Assembly (NCBI GenBank): GCA_028534125.1
Contig: CM052818.1
Coordinates: 46,378,001 to 46,442,000, forward strand
Length of the DNA stretch: 64,000 bases
Direction: 5' to 3'
Source: Lama glama
Taxonomy: Eukaryota
Part shown: one piece after another, positions 34,226 through 46,429 of the stretch
How the letters are laid out: each line of letters starts with the position of its first letter
How positions within the stretch are numbered: the first letter of the stretch is position 1
Notes under the pieces: generated by a model
The model's database searches: none
What the model saw: the letters and a program-made list of their open reading frames with translations, nothing else
Told to the model about the DNA's origin: nothing
Program-made: the position numbers and the translations under genes

Positions 34226-34250
34226 CCAGAAGGTGGCGCTGCTGAGTCAG
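34226..34250 (+). promoter_or_regulatory. CTCF motif abutting a MARE/ARE (AP-1) motif
   Basis: CCAGAAGGTGGCGC (34226-34239, 13/14 to consensus) immediately followed by TGCTGAGTCAG (34240-34250). Confidence 0.55.
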
Positions 34251-34357
34251 AGTCCTGCACCTTTACCTGCAAAGTTCTGAGAAGGGCTGGAATGTAGGGC
34301 AGAAGGGAGGGGTAGGGCATGGGAACTAGAGGCTGTATGGTCCACCTGTGAGCCCTT

Positions 34358-34642
34358 TGTGTGTGTATCAATAAACACATACATAAATACACACCAGCAA
34401 ATACACACACACACATAATACATACTGGTAAATGTATATACATACACACATAAATACTGGTGTATCGATAGATACACCAGTATTATATATACATACACAT
34501 ACATGGATACCAGTACACACACATACACACAGATAGATACACCAATATTATACATACATATACATACATGCATACATGTGTACATGGATGTGTATGTACA
34601 TGCACACACTGGTATGCATGTGTGCTCCTATATCCGTGTGCA
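34358..34642. repeat. Degenerate (CA/TA) low-complexity tract
   Basis: Mostly alternating purine-pyrimidine, with the block gatagatacacc repeated. Confidence 0.9.
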
Positions 34643-36526
34643 TCAGTGCAAAGGTGCTGCCAGTTTGTGGCTGACTTCTGACTGCTGAGGCCCTGGAGAG
34701 GTGGCAGCTTCTCTGCAGGTCAAGCAGGCTGAGTCCAGAGCCACCTTCTCCTCCCGTATTGTTTTTTGATTGCATGGTGGACAAGCTCTCAGCACACCTC
34801 TAACAGGTATTGGACGAGGTCCACTGGGGGTCAGGATTCTCAGCAATTACAAAGGTTGACTATAAACATGCCTTCGGCCACACAAGCTGTCATTTATACG
34901 TCCTCACAGCTTCACATAGAATACCAGTGGATTTCCTGAAACATCATTTATCCCTGCACAGGAAACTGGGGGTGTAGGTGACAGAAGTCTTGCTGCAGTC
35001 CCTGGCCCCACTGGGAGGTGGGGGGTGGTTCTGACATAGCACCTGTTGAGACTGGGCAACCCCAAGGGACAGTGGTCAGTGATCAGCACCTCGTGACCAA
35101 GCGGTTTTGGGTTAGGGGTCCAGATCCCAGACCGAGAGGAGCAGGAAAGCCCAGGGAGAAACAGGAGGGGTCCGCACCCCGCAGAAGCACCATTTGGTAG
35201 CTCACGCTGTCGAGAACTAGGAAGACTCGGCCAGGCTGGCAGGACCACTTTTCTCAACAGCGACACCTTGTGGCAGTGGTCACAGCAACAGCCAGGATGA
35301 CCTCCGAAAAAGCGTCCATGGGGTGGGGGTTATTCGTGGAGGAGGACCCTGAGATGTCTTTGAGAGAGAGGAGCTTATCTGAAAAGCAAGTCACGTGACC
35401 ACATTTTATACCCCAAGCAGGTGATGTTGGAATCTGGTTATAAAGGTATCCAAGCCTTTTGGGGACAGAGCAGGCATTTCTTCCAAGTTCTTTGCTAGAG
35501 AGAGAGCGAGTGTGTGTGTATGCATGCGTGTGTGACACTTGGGGGCAGGTACAAACTGCAAAGTGTAAATGTCCACTGGCTCAGGTAAGTGTTAAACGCT
35601 CAGGTCTCTAAAGCATATTTCATAAGGGTGGGCTTACTCCCCAAAGGCTGGGGGGTAGTCCGCTGACCGACTGATCCCATGTAGCCTTCATGGCACAGAA
35701 GGAGAAACAGACATGGAGGAACTAATTTTAGGCTGGTTTCCTTTAGGCTGGCCCTGTTATTAGGACAGGGCATCTGCTGAGTAAAGGGGAGCAGCTGGCA
35801 AGTCTGTTCAGTGTTTACGTGACTACACGCCTCTCTGTTCAGACGCAGGCCCTGACCATCCAGTGGAACCAGTTTACCGCCTGAGAGTTGAGGGCAGGGG
35901 TGGGGGACTGAGGTGGGAGTTGGGGAGTCGGCATATTTCAATAATATAAGCGACTGCCAGCCACAGAACCAATGTCAAGTTCCTAAAACCTCTTACAAAC
36001 TGCTCGCTGTCTTCTTTATGGTGCTTCTGACTCGTGATTGAAACTAAATGCTGAAATCCTGCCAAGAAGAAGCCAACAGGTCCTGGCTGTGCTAGAACAT
36101 TCCTCAACCTTGTTGGGTGCAACGTGTAAAGGTGCAGGGCTGAGGGAGGCTTGTCCTTTCTGGTGTCATAAGTGGAGGTGGGCTCACCTGAGGCAGGTGC
36201 CTTTCCCATCTCCTGGGCGTCCGCACCTTCCCTCTCCTAGCCGGGTGCCCACAGCAGCCTTTGTCCCGGACACTGGGCCTGTGCCGGGCATCCGGGCGTT
36301 TCCCCAGTGCTTGGCAGTAAGGAAGTGCTCCCCTCCATTCGTGGGCTCTGTGTCAATTTCCCTGAGCCGCATCCCCCATCTCGGTCAAAAGGGGATTAGG
36401 AACGCCTGCCCTTTGCTCCGGGAGGCTGTCGGAGGTGTGATGTGGGTGGAAGGGCTTAGCAAACAGCAGACTGAGCGCCAGCTGTGTCATGATGCTCGGG
36501 AGCTGAGTACACAGTCGCGGAGAGCG

Positions 36527-36540
36527 CTGCCACCTGGTGC
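36527..36540 (-). promoter_or_regulatory. CTCF motif
   Basis: Minus strand GCACCAGGTGGCAG, 13/14 to consensus. Confidence 0.5.
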
Positions 36541-36912
36541 TGGGGCTGGCTGGCTGGGGCTGCCGCCGTGGGCCCCACCGAGGCCCCACCCGGTGCCGAG
36601 GTGAGGTCAGCCACCGGCCACTAACGTCCACCTCAGGGAGGGAGCCCCAAGTCCTGTCTGCTGACACCACCTCCTGGGAAGTTCCCCTTCCCCAAGTCTG
36701 GGGGTCCTCAAGGGATGTATAAAATTCCGTTCAGCTATACCGTTCAGCTCGTTTTGAAATGTGAATTTGTCCCTACATGATTGACAGATCAGGCCGGGGC
36801 CTAGGGGAGGCTGACACGAATTTCAGATGTCACGTGTGCTTCCGCATGATTTTTGTCTTGAGGGGCACTGGGTGGCGGCAGAACACTGCGCCCTGCTGCT
36901 CCGAGCCTCCGA

Positions 36913-37013
36913 ATGCATACGTGCGCGTGCACGCACAAATACGCATGTACGCGTACACGAGCAATGCATGCACGCACGGGTACGCACTCATGCACACGCA
37001 CACGCACGCACAC
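36913..37013. repeat. CpG-rich alternating purine-pyrimidine tract (Z-DNA prone)
   Basis: atgcatacgtgcgcgtgcacgcaca...atgcacacgcacacgcacgcacac. Confidence 0.8.
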
Positions 37014-37745
37014 CTCTGACACCTCCCGACCTCAATTCGAGCCGTGTGTTCCTAGCCACGCCCACTGCAGCTGGCGTCACCTCCTCCGGTCCCCTTCCGT
37101 CCCCATATCCCTCTTTCCTGCCCTTCACGCTCACACCCACGTCCTCAGGCAAACCTCAGGCCCACTTTTTAGGCAAAGTGCCATATTTATTGTAGCACTG
37201 ATGTATTACTTAACCGTTTTACATGGGTGAAAACTGTGCTACCGTTTTTTGGGGGAGTCCCTGTCTTCTTTTTTTAATGTATCACTGATGAAGCCCCCAA
37301 CATTTCCCCCATAAGCCCTGTGGTTTTTATCACCCTACGTGCAGGACGCGGCGATTTTTAGGAACATGGGGTCATGGCAGAACAGAATCGGCCGTGGGGA
37401 ATCCGCGGACCAGCCCCTGATGGCTGTTGTGGCCCGAGCTGTGGGTAGGGATGCCCTGGTGTCGGGTCACTGTGTCAGATCCTGCGTGAATGTCCCTGGT
37501 CCTTGTACGTGGGGTTCCACGGAGACAGTGCCAGCTGCACACCCAGGGCCGCTCTCATGAACGCTCCTTCATGAACTCCCTAATCTCTGCAACAGCCTCT
37601 CGAAGTCGGTGCTAATGGCGTCTTTATTTTATAGGTGAGAAAACTGGGTCACAGACAAGCTAGGGATTTTCGAAGCCTGCACAGCTAGTCATCAGAGGAG
37701 CGGGAGGTGGGGGGCCCCACCGCGTGACCCCGCCTGGCTCTGGAG

Positions 37746-38433
37746 CCGAGTTGGTGGGCTTTTCCTGTAAAGCACCACATAGTATTTTCAGCTTTGCTGG
37801 TGGCATAGGCTCTATGTTGGTTTGCTAGCGCTGCCAAAGCAAAATTCCACAGACTTGAGGCCTTAAATAGCAGCAGTGTGTTCTCTCACAGTTCTGGAAG
37901 CTAGAAGTCTGAGATCAAAGTGTGGGCAGGGTGGTTCTCTGGAGGCCTCTCTCCTTGGCTTGTAGATGTCGCCTTCCTCCTGTGTCCTCACGTGGTCACC
38001 CCTTTGTGTGTGTCTGTGCCCTGATCTCTGATAAAAACACCAGTCAGCTTGGTTGAGAACCCACCCACAGGACTCTTCATCACATCTTTGAAGAACCTCT
38101 CTGCAAATACAGCTGCATTCTGAAGTACTAGGGGTTAGGACTTCAACACATGAATTTGGGAACAGAAACAGTTCAGTTTCTCTTGGGACTTCTCAGCTCT
38201 GCCCTTGGACCATGAAAGCAGCCCCCAACAGCATGCAAAATAAAGGGGCAATTTGCATTAGGATGAAATTTCACTTAATGGAAGCTGAATTGATCGTTTT
38301 CATGCATCATGAAATGTTCTTCTTTTGATTTTTTTCAGCAATTATAGAATGTAAAAACCATTCTTACTCGTGGACCATACAAAAACAGGCGAAAGGCTGG
38401 ATTTGGCGCATGGTCAGAGTTTGCTGATCCCTG
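37746..38433 (+). mobile_element. MER58B (hAT-Charlie) split by an MLT1 LTR
   Basis: 3' part 'aatgtaaaaaccattctta...tacaaaaacaggcg...gtttgctgatccctg'; 8-bp flanks ctctggag / ttctgtag. Confidence 0.85.
37813..38178 (-). mobile_element. MaLR LTR (MLT1A/B-like) nested in MER58B
   Basis: 'tctcacagttctggaagctagaagtctgagatcaa...gggttaggacttcaacacatgaatttggg'. Confidence 0.9.
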
Positions 38434-39281
38434 TTCTGTAGTGACAAAATTGGGTCAAAAAGGTATGAACATTTTAGTGATTCTTGAAATGTTTGGTAAC
38501 TGAAACCACAAGCTTTGTACAACTTTACGTAGTGAGCAAGACTTTTTAAGTCTTCTAGTTCCACCACAATTTCATGGTAATTGTGTTTAAATATTTGCTA
38601 ATTTAACAGTTGTGAAATGAAGCCTTTCCCCACTTTGTTTTATTGGAGGATTTCATGCACATAGTTTTAAAAGTCAAAAGCTATAGCAATTCTAACAAAA
38701 ATAGCCACCCCTCACCTTACCCATCCTGCCTGAGTTCCACACCTCAGAGGCAAGCACTTAAAACTCTTCTAACTGTACTGGACTCCCCCCCCCCCCCGTA
38801 TTTCCAAATAACGTTTTTGGATTTTTTTTTTGGTATTTTCTATCGACTTTTTTTTTCCATTTTAGAAATTATTTGCCTTCCTACTAACAAAGATCAGAAT
38901 TTAGTTTCTCTATGCACCTGCTTTCATTCCCTCCTCCCCACCTTCCCAATAAATTTAATTTTTGGATAAATCACTGTATTATTATGATCAGGTAAATATT
39001 CTACATAGCTGAACTTCCCTTCTTGTACAAGGTTAAGTGTTTTCCTGAAGTAATGGCAGTAAGTTTCGTTTGATTGTTTGTTTCCTCTGTTTTCCACGTG
39101 CCTAATGAGAATTCACCCCCAACCCTCCAACAAAACACCTAAACTCTTCCTTCTGCTCAGTGTGCCATGCATTCAATTTTTTAAAAATCTAGAATCTCAT
39201 AGCCTATCCTCTGACAACTTTATATCCCTGGGAGGCAGATAAGAAGAAAATAACCCAGATGGTTGTGCATGAAGTGATGAG

Positions 39282-40192
39282 TGTATTAGCTATCTAATGC
39301 TATGTAACAAATGACCTCAAACCTGGCTTGAAAGAAGGACAGCCTCAAGTTTGGTCTCATGGTGCCTGCAGGTCAGGTAGCAGGAGAGGCTGAGCTGGGT
39401 GGTTCTAGCCTCTCAGAAGGCCATGGTCAGATGTCCTTCAGGGACGTTGTCAATTTGAAGGCATCACTGAGCCTGGAGGATCCTTTCTTAGGGGGCGAGT
39501 TGGTTCTGGCAGTTGGTAGGACGCCTCAGTTTTCTTTGAGCTGGTCCTCACTGCAGGGCTCTCCTGGAGGCTGGCAGCGGGGTCCCCTGGAGCAAGTGGG
39601 TCCAGAGCCACCGAGCTTTATGATCTTGGCTTGGAGGTCACACACTGGCACTTCTGCCTCTTTCTATTGGTCCTATTTTTTTTAAGGGGGTAAAATTTAT
39701 ATGACATAAACCACACCATTTTAACCCTCTACAGATGTGCAATCCAGTGGCATTAATTATATGCACAGTGTTTTGCAACCATCACCACCATTTATTTCCA
39801 TAGCTTTTCCAAAACTCCATGCAGAAACTCTGTACCATTAAGCAATAACTCCCAAGTCCCCTACGCCAGCCCCTGGTGACCTCTAATACGTTCTGTCCCT
39901 GTGAATTTTGCCTATTCAGGTACTTCATATAAGTGGAATCATACAGTACTTGTCCTTTTGTGTCTGGCTTATTTCACTTTGCATACTATGTCAAAGGTCC
40001 ATCCATACTGTAGCCTGTGTCAGAATCTCATCCTTTTTATGGCTAACAGTCCATGGTGTGGATAGACCACATTTTGTTCATCCATCATCTGTTAATGGAC
40101 CAGCTTTATTTCCACGAGGGAGGGAGTTACAGCAAGGTGTGACTATCAGCATGTGAGAACCATCATGGCCATCCTGGTGTATGGCTACTGTG
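39282..40192 (-). mobile_element. MaLR LTR (MLT1F/G/H-like) split by an L1
   Basis: Starts 'tgtattagctatctaatgctatgtaacaaatgacctcaaa'; resumes after about 40100 with 'aaggtgtgactatcag...ggccatcctgg...ggctac'. Confidence 0.75.
39676..40099 (-). mobile_element. L1MB-type 3' end
   Basis: 'gcaaccatcaccacc...ttcatataagtggaatcatacagtacttgtccttttgtgtctggcttatttcactt'. Confidence 0.9.
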
Positions 40193-40572
40193 GTGAGATT
40201 GCTTGTTCAAAGTCAACCTCCCACCTGTGTTCAACCTTTCTCAGAGGCCAAGAGCCCAGTGTGTGTTTGTTCACTTCCTGGTAGAGGACCTGACATAGAG
40301 TCAGCATTGGATGGAATTTTGCGGAATGGCTAAAGAGATATTTAAGAGGGCTACTGTCAAAAAAGAGAACTTTCAGAGAAAATTGTCCCAGATTTCCAGG
40401 GTCTAGAAATCTCCCTGAATGAAGAAACAGGGGGGTTTGACGTGAGGGAGAGGTTCTGTTTCTGGGGTGATGGTGAGGATGAGATCAAGGTTGGCATAAC
40501 AGGAGAGTTGGGGTGGAAGGGACCTCAGGACCACCCTGGCTGAGACCCAAGTTATGTTTCAGATAAAGGGGA

Positions 40573-41040
40573 GTATCGCTTTGCTCAGCTTCTGTAACAA
40601 AGTATCACAAGCTGGGTGGCTGCAAACATCAGAAGTGTCTTGTCTCCCAGCTCTGGGGGCTGGAAGGCTGAGAGCAATGTGTTGGCAGGGCTGGTTTCTC
40701 CTGACGCTGTGAGGGAACATCTGCCCCAGGCGTTCTCCTGGCTTCGGCGGTTTTTGGCAACCCTTAGTGTTCTGTGGTTTGCAGACACATCTCTCCAAAC
40801 TCTGCCTTCCCTCTGTGCATGTCTGTCTCCTCTCCTCTTTTTATAGGGACATATAAAAAAATAAAGTTACAAAAAACATAATAAAAACCCATATAGTCAT
40901 ATCGGATTAAGGTTTACCCTATTTCAGTACGACCTCATCTTACGCCTCTGTGACAACTCTATTTCCGAATGACAGTCTGAGGTAGCGGGCGTTAGGACTT
41001 CAACGTACCGTTTTTAGGGGACACAGTTCAACCCGCAACA
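40573..41040 (-). mobile_element. MaLR LTR (MLT1B/C-like)
   Basis: 'gtaacaaagtatcacaagctgggtggct...gttaggacttcaacgtacc...gacacagttcaacccgcaaca'. Confidence 0.88.
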
Positions 41041-41679
41041 GAGGAACTACGACCTGATGAAGTCTCATAGCTAATTCACTTTGGTCTGTCTCTGATGCCC
41101 AATTAATATCAAATTATCTTTCTGATTCTTGACATTCAAATAGCTTCTGGCTTGTTTGCATTCCTGTGTACCTGTTATTCAAAAAAATAAGACTTGAACG
41201 GTGGCTGGAAGGACAGATGAGCTAGTTTGGGGTGCACTGCCTTATTTCCTGCAAGACAGCTGCAGGCATTGCAAATGGGGAGAGAAAACAGTTCCATTAG
41301 ACAAACAGAGCTCTGACACCCCTGCCAAAGAGCACTTCATCTTTGAAGAGATATTTCCTCTTCTCTGTGCCTGGGGTTAGGGGAGTGTTAATGGATCCGT
41401 GTGTTACTGCCCTTGAACCTTGGCAAGGGAGACTGGATTTCTCAGGCAAAGAAAGTGGCTGCGGTGTCAGCCAAAAGATTACAGATCTGCAAAGTTGGAA
41501 ATGCTGAAGGATGCTGGGTCAGCTCGTCCAAGAGACACACCCACAGGGCAGGTGGCTGGGTGCTGGGGTTGGAGAGAGCTCACAGCCCAGCAGATTTCCC
41601 TTCTTGTTGAAGCAGGACAGCAGAGTCTCTGAGATCCGTCTGCTGAGTGTACCCAGGCATTTGTGTGACAGAGACGGGG

Positions 41680-41840
41680 CAGGGCTGGCTGGCTTCAGGG
41701 GGGTGTGACCTGTGCTTAGAAGAGCCCCGAGAGCCGTGTACACTCTGCTGTTGCCATCTTGAAACCCTTAATGATTTTTGAACAAAGGGTCCTACATTTT
41801 CACCTTGTATTGCTCCCTGCAAATTATGTAGTGGGTTCCA
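41680..41840 (+). mobile_element. MER45A (hAT-Tip100 MITE)
   Basis: 'ctctgctgttgccatcttgaaacccttaatgatttttgaacaaagg...gcaaattatgtag'. Confidence 0.8.
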
Positions 41841-42877
41841 ATGAGGGTCCTGAGTGCTTGGTCATTTGTGAGGCAAATGGTGCCAGGTGTAAACCTCTGT
41901 GCAGGAATCTGACAGAGAGAGCCCAGAACTGGTGGCAGAAACCTGAGACTGGCATTCAGCACTTTATGCTCAGCCTTGCCAGCACCTGAAATCACTCTGA
42001 GACCTTGGGTAGGTCCTCTAGCCTCTCTTGGCCTTGGTTTCTTCATCTGTAAAATGGACATAAAACAACAGCCCTGCCTTACCCCTGTGGAATTGCTGTG
42101 AGCTCCTTGAGTGCAGAGATTCAGTTTCTCCCTTTTATACCCTGTGTGGAATCCAGCCTAGCACCTTGCATTTAGTACAGCGCGAGTGCACTAGGGATAA
42201 TGAAGACAGGAGAGGATGCGGGGAAAGGTCTTAGGCAAAGACACGCAGACAATGGGTTGGGTGTGATGTGTCATCGTAACGTGCTGTCTTGGGTCTTGTG
42301 CAGATCTGCCCACGGGACTCTGCTGCTCTGAGTTTCATAGGAGAGGATGACAGACCCTGCTCACTCTGGGGGCGGACCCTCAAAAATCTTCCCCATAGAA
42401 GCTAGGATGCTGAAATGAATACAGGATGCTTTCCCCTTGTCAGCCAGGTTTGGACCACCTGGATGGGACAATACTTGCTCATAGCAGCAGCCATGTCTTT
42501 GAACACACACTATGTGCAGGAGTTAATTTAATTCATACCAACCCCATTCCTTTTTTCTCCATTTTACAGACGATGCTCTGACTTAAGGGACCTGCTGGTA
42601 TTTTGCATCTGGGAGGGGACAGAGTCAGCCTGGGGCCCAGGTCTCTCTGGTACTCCTGTCTCAGGCTCTGTCACCTGTGCTGGGCACTTCTGCTCGCCCG
42701 TGTTCAGTGTCTTCCCTGAGCTGGGCCCTCTGGGGGCGTTTATTATGGGTCCTTCTGCAAGAGCATCTAAAGATAGCCAGTTTCGTGTATTTTACCTCCC
42801 ATGTTTCTCGAGGTTTCTGAAAGTAAGCCACAGGTAGGGTTGCAGTCTCCTGAGAAGTCTAGGGAACTTGAGCATTT

Positions 42878-43400
42878 GTTTTTAATTGGCTTTATTGTGA
42901 TATAAGTCACATACTGTTCAATTGAACCATTTAAAGCGTATAATTAAATAGTTTTTTTTTACTACATTCAGATAATTGCATAACCACTACACAGTTAATT
43001 TCAGGACATTTTCCTCACCCCCTAAAAAAGCCCACACCCTTTTGTAGTAACAGCCCAGCCCCTCACTGGGCAACCACTAATCTACTTTCTGTCTCTATGG
43101 ATTTGCCTGTTCTGGACATTTCATGTAAATGGGATCATTCCGTATGTGGCCTCTGCATCTGGCTTCTGTCACTGGGCATCACGTTTTTCAGGCTCATCCA
43201 TGTTTGTGGCACGTGTCAGTCCTTCATTTCTTTTTAAGGCTGAAAAATATCCCATTTTCCTCTCCATGTTATGGAGAGACTGCATTTTGTTTATCCATTC
43301 ATCGGACACTTGGATTGTTTCTGCTTTGGGGCTAATGTGGATAACGTTATCTGAACATCACACACAGATTTTTGTGTGGACATGTGTTTTCATTTATCCT
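42878..43400 (-). mobile_element. L1MB-type 3' end
   Basis: 'gcaaccactaatctactttctgtctctatggatttgcctgttctggacatttcatgtaaatgggatcat'. Confidence 0.9.
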
Positions 43401-43519
43401 CTATTTTTGTGTGATTCTTTTCTGGGAGCCAAATGTGGTTTCTCATGGATGACACTGAGTGAACTGTGCATCTGCTTGGGCTCAGGTTTCTTGTCTGTAA
43501 AACAGATCTGGGAAGAGCA

Positions 43520-43521
<2 letters not shown>

Positions 43522-43554
<33 letters not shown>
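43522..43554. repeat. (GT)n microsatellite
   Basis: Perfect GT run of about 16 units. Confidence 0.95.
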
Positions 43555-43558
<4 letters not shown>

Positions 43559-45799
43559 GTGTGTGGGGGGCTGGGGCGAGGGTGGGGAGGGGGTGCTAAT
43601 CAGAAAACAGGCTAGAGGGGGGCTGGAGAGGCACTCAACACAGGATATTGTTGGAGGAGAGGGGAGATAGCTCATCGACCCCTTTCTCCCTCCTCTTCCG
43701 GCTCCTCTTTGCTGGGCTGGAAAAAGATGCAGGTGAGATGGGTTTGAGGCAATTTGAGCTCCGACGTCAAACGGACAAGAGTCTGATTTCGAGACTGAAC
43801 GTGGCATTAATGAGTGAGCGGCGGGGATCGCCTTCCTACTGCCCATGGCCCCGTTTGTGCAGGATCCTGGAAGCTCCGCTGAGTCTGCAAAGTGCAGAGT
43901 TTCTGCCAGAGCCCTTGCCCAGGAGCTGAGAAGAGGCACCGTTCTGTCTTTCCCTGCCCACCTCTTATTTCAGGATGACAGACGTCTCTGGCTCCTCTAG
44001 GAGTGATCCTAATTTGGCCCAGATCATTCAGATTCTTCAGACACAGCTTGGCAGAGTGGAAAGAGGATTGACTGCGAAATGACAGACAGACTTGGGTCCA
44101 GCCCAGGAATGGTCACCTGCTAGGTGCACAGCCTCCGAGCCTCATTCTCTTTGTCGAAGAGGAGGAGCCTGACTTTGTAGGACTGCTGAGCATCAGATGA
44201 CGAACACTCAGTGCCCAGGGAGAGCAGGCAGCCAATAAGCGGTTACTGTGTGGCAGGCAGAACAGTGCCGAGTGAGCTGTGAAAACACACCTGTCCTCTG
44301 CCCCAGTCTCGTCCGACCTGTGGGCAGGAGGCGGAGGATGAGGAGCCTTCATCTGCTTCTCAGGCAGAGGCGTTTTTCCCACGGATGCCCCTTCTCTGCT
44401 TCTCCGTAGACGTGGATTCCCCAGGGGCCCTGAATTTTACCCTGATGAATTTTTGCTAGTTTTACTGCATGTCTGAGCTACATTCAATTCTTTAACAAAT
44501 ATTTATCCGCCTAACCAGTGCACACCAGTCCATTTTCTGGGCCTACCTCTCTGATGGGTACAGATAAAGTACTTGAAAGATGTTTAAGACCTGGATATTT
44601 CACAAATAGATCAGCGACTTAGAGGTGGGGGCACAGGTGGGGAGAGCTGGCTCAGGGGACCCCAGACATCAGTTTTAGTGGCGGTGTCACTGCTGCTTGG
44701 CTGTGTGAACTTAGGAAAGTCACTCAACCTTTGATTTGTGGATTCCTTTCCCAAGTAAGTTGAATTCAGTGGTTTTTAGGACCCCCCGCCAGCCCTGACA
44801 TTCTAGAAGAATCCTCCCCTGCCCACGAACCCATCTGCCCTCATTCCTCAGTGGGCAGGGGCACAGCCTGGGAAATGGGACAGCTTGCATGGGCTGGCCT
44901 GCCTGGCTTCAGTCTCAATCACCACATCTACACTTTCCTCACACGGTGGCTTTCTGTCAGAACCAGAAGGGTGAGATGCTTTCAGCGTCAGAGGACCTGA
45001 GCAGAGGGCAGACAACTTCATCACTTCGTGTGCTTGTAGTTTTTATTAAGGAAATGTCAAATACACACACAGGTAGGGAGAACCGTATAATGGACATCTT
45101 ATCACCCCACTTCAGCAGTTATTAACATTTTTCCACTTCAATTAAGAAGAAAAGAGGGAGGAACGGAGAGTGTCTGTAGATACATTTGTGTACTCGGATG
45201 TTTGTGTAATAGACGCAGTCTGAATCTGGAATCAGAATTCCTAGATTTTAGGCTCTTGCTGTTACTTAACGTGAACTTTGTCTTTTCAAACATGAGATGA
45301 AGTTAGTAAATCTGCTCTACCTGTCACTGCAGGGATGGAATGGGAAAATGCAGTGAAAGTGGTTTGATCAGGGCAAATGTGTGAAAAATATGAGGAATTC
45401 GCATCAGGTAGGTGGTTTGAAAGCAGTCAGATACATGATGTGATAAGCTGCGTGTCCTTGATAAACACCAAGGCACAATTACCCGGTCAGAATGCTAACC
45501 AGGTGTCTCTAAGGAGGATGGAAACACGCTGGGAACTTTCTGCCCTTTTCCAGGCAGAAGTAATATGGCCACAGCTGCCACGTGGCACCCATGGGAAGTG
45601 CTCTGGTCACGCAATGGGGATTCAGAAGCAAGTTCTCGTTCACGAATGCTCAGAACTCCAGAAGGAAAGTAAGAGGCTCCCCTCTTAAAACCGGAGCAAA
45701 GCTATGACCTTGAGCAGCACAGAGAGGAAAAAGAAAACTGAACCCAATTCATATCATTCAAGTGTTTTCCAAAAATGTCATTGACAAATATGGGTAACG

Positions 45800-45980
45800 C
45801 CCTCGTCACGTCTCTATGACAGTAATGTTCTCACTGCTTTGTCGTTATACTTCCAAGTCTGTGTCCCCCTCACGAGACAGTGGGATTCACGGGGCTGGCA
45901 CTGAAGCTTTTACACTGCTGGTTCCCAGGGCCTGGTGCAGGAAAGAGCTTAATAAACGTTTGTTGGAAAGGAATGAATCC
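45800..45980 (+). mobile_element. L2 3' end
   Basis: 'cccagggcctggtgcagg...cttaataaacgtttgttggaaaggaatgaat'. Confidence 0.7.
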
Positions 45981-46429
45981 CCTTGTACAGAACTAGTCAG
46001 TGCAAACATATGCACTTGGATCCTACTGCTTTGCTTACTGACTTTTCACAAATAGGGTTCAGATGTGGAAGTAGTACATTTGACCAATAACTGTCATTTT
46101 AATAATTTATTATGTTCCAGAAAAATTGACATTCATATCTCTTGCTGTTCTCCGACTATCAGGCATTGTGGTATTCCCAGTATCTCACTATTGTGCATAG
46201 TTCTAAAATCAACTTTCTCTTCCCCCTCCCCCCTCCCTTTCCCACCTCCCTTTCCTTCTTTTTTATATATATATATATTTTTCCCCCACTTCACAGTTAT
46301 TTCTTTGGGATATATTACCTGATGTGGAGCTACAGTCCACAGAAAAGATCAATACAATATTTCCATGGTTACCATGCAGCCTGAGTTCAGCTTCTGGCAA
46401 TGTCCTACAGATGATAATTCTTCTTTTTT

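Noticed and set aside
34198..34688. Cys/Val/Tyr-rich or His/Thr-rich ORFs (also 36777-37230)
   Set aside because: Translation artefacts of dinucleotide-type low-complexity sequence
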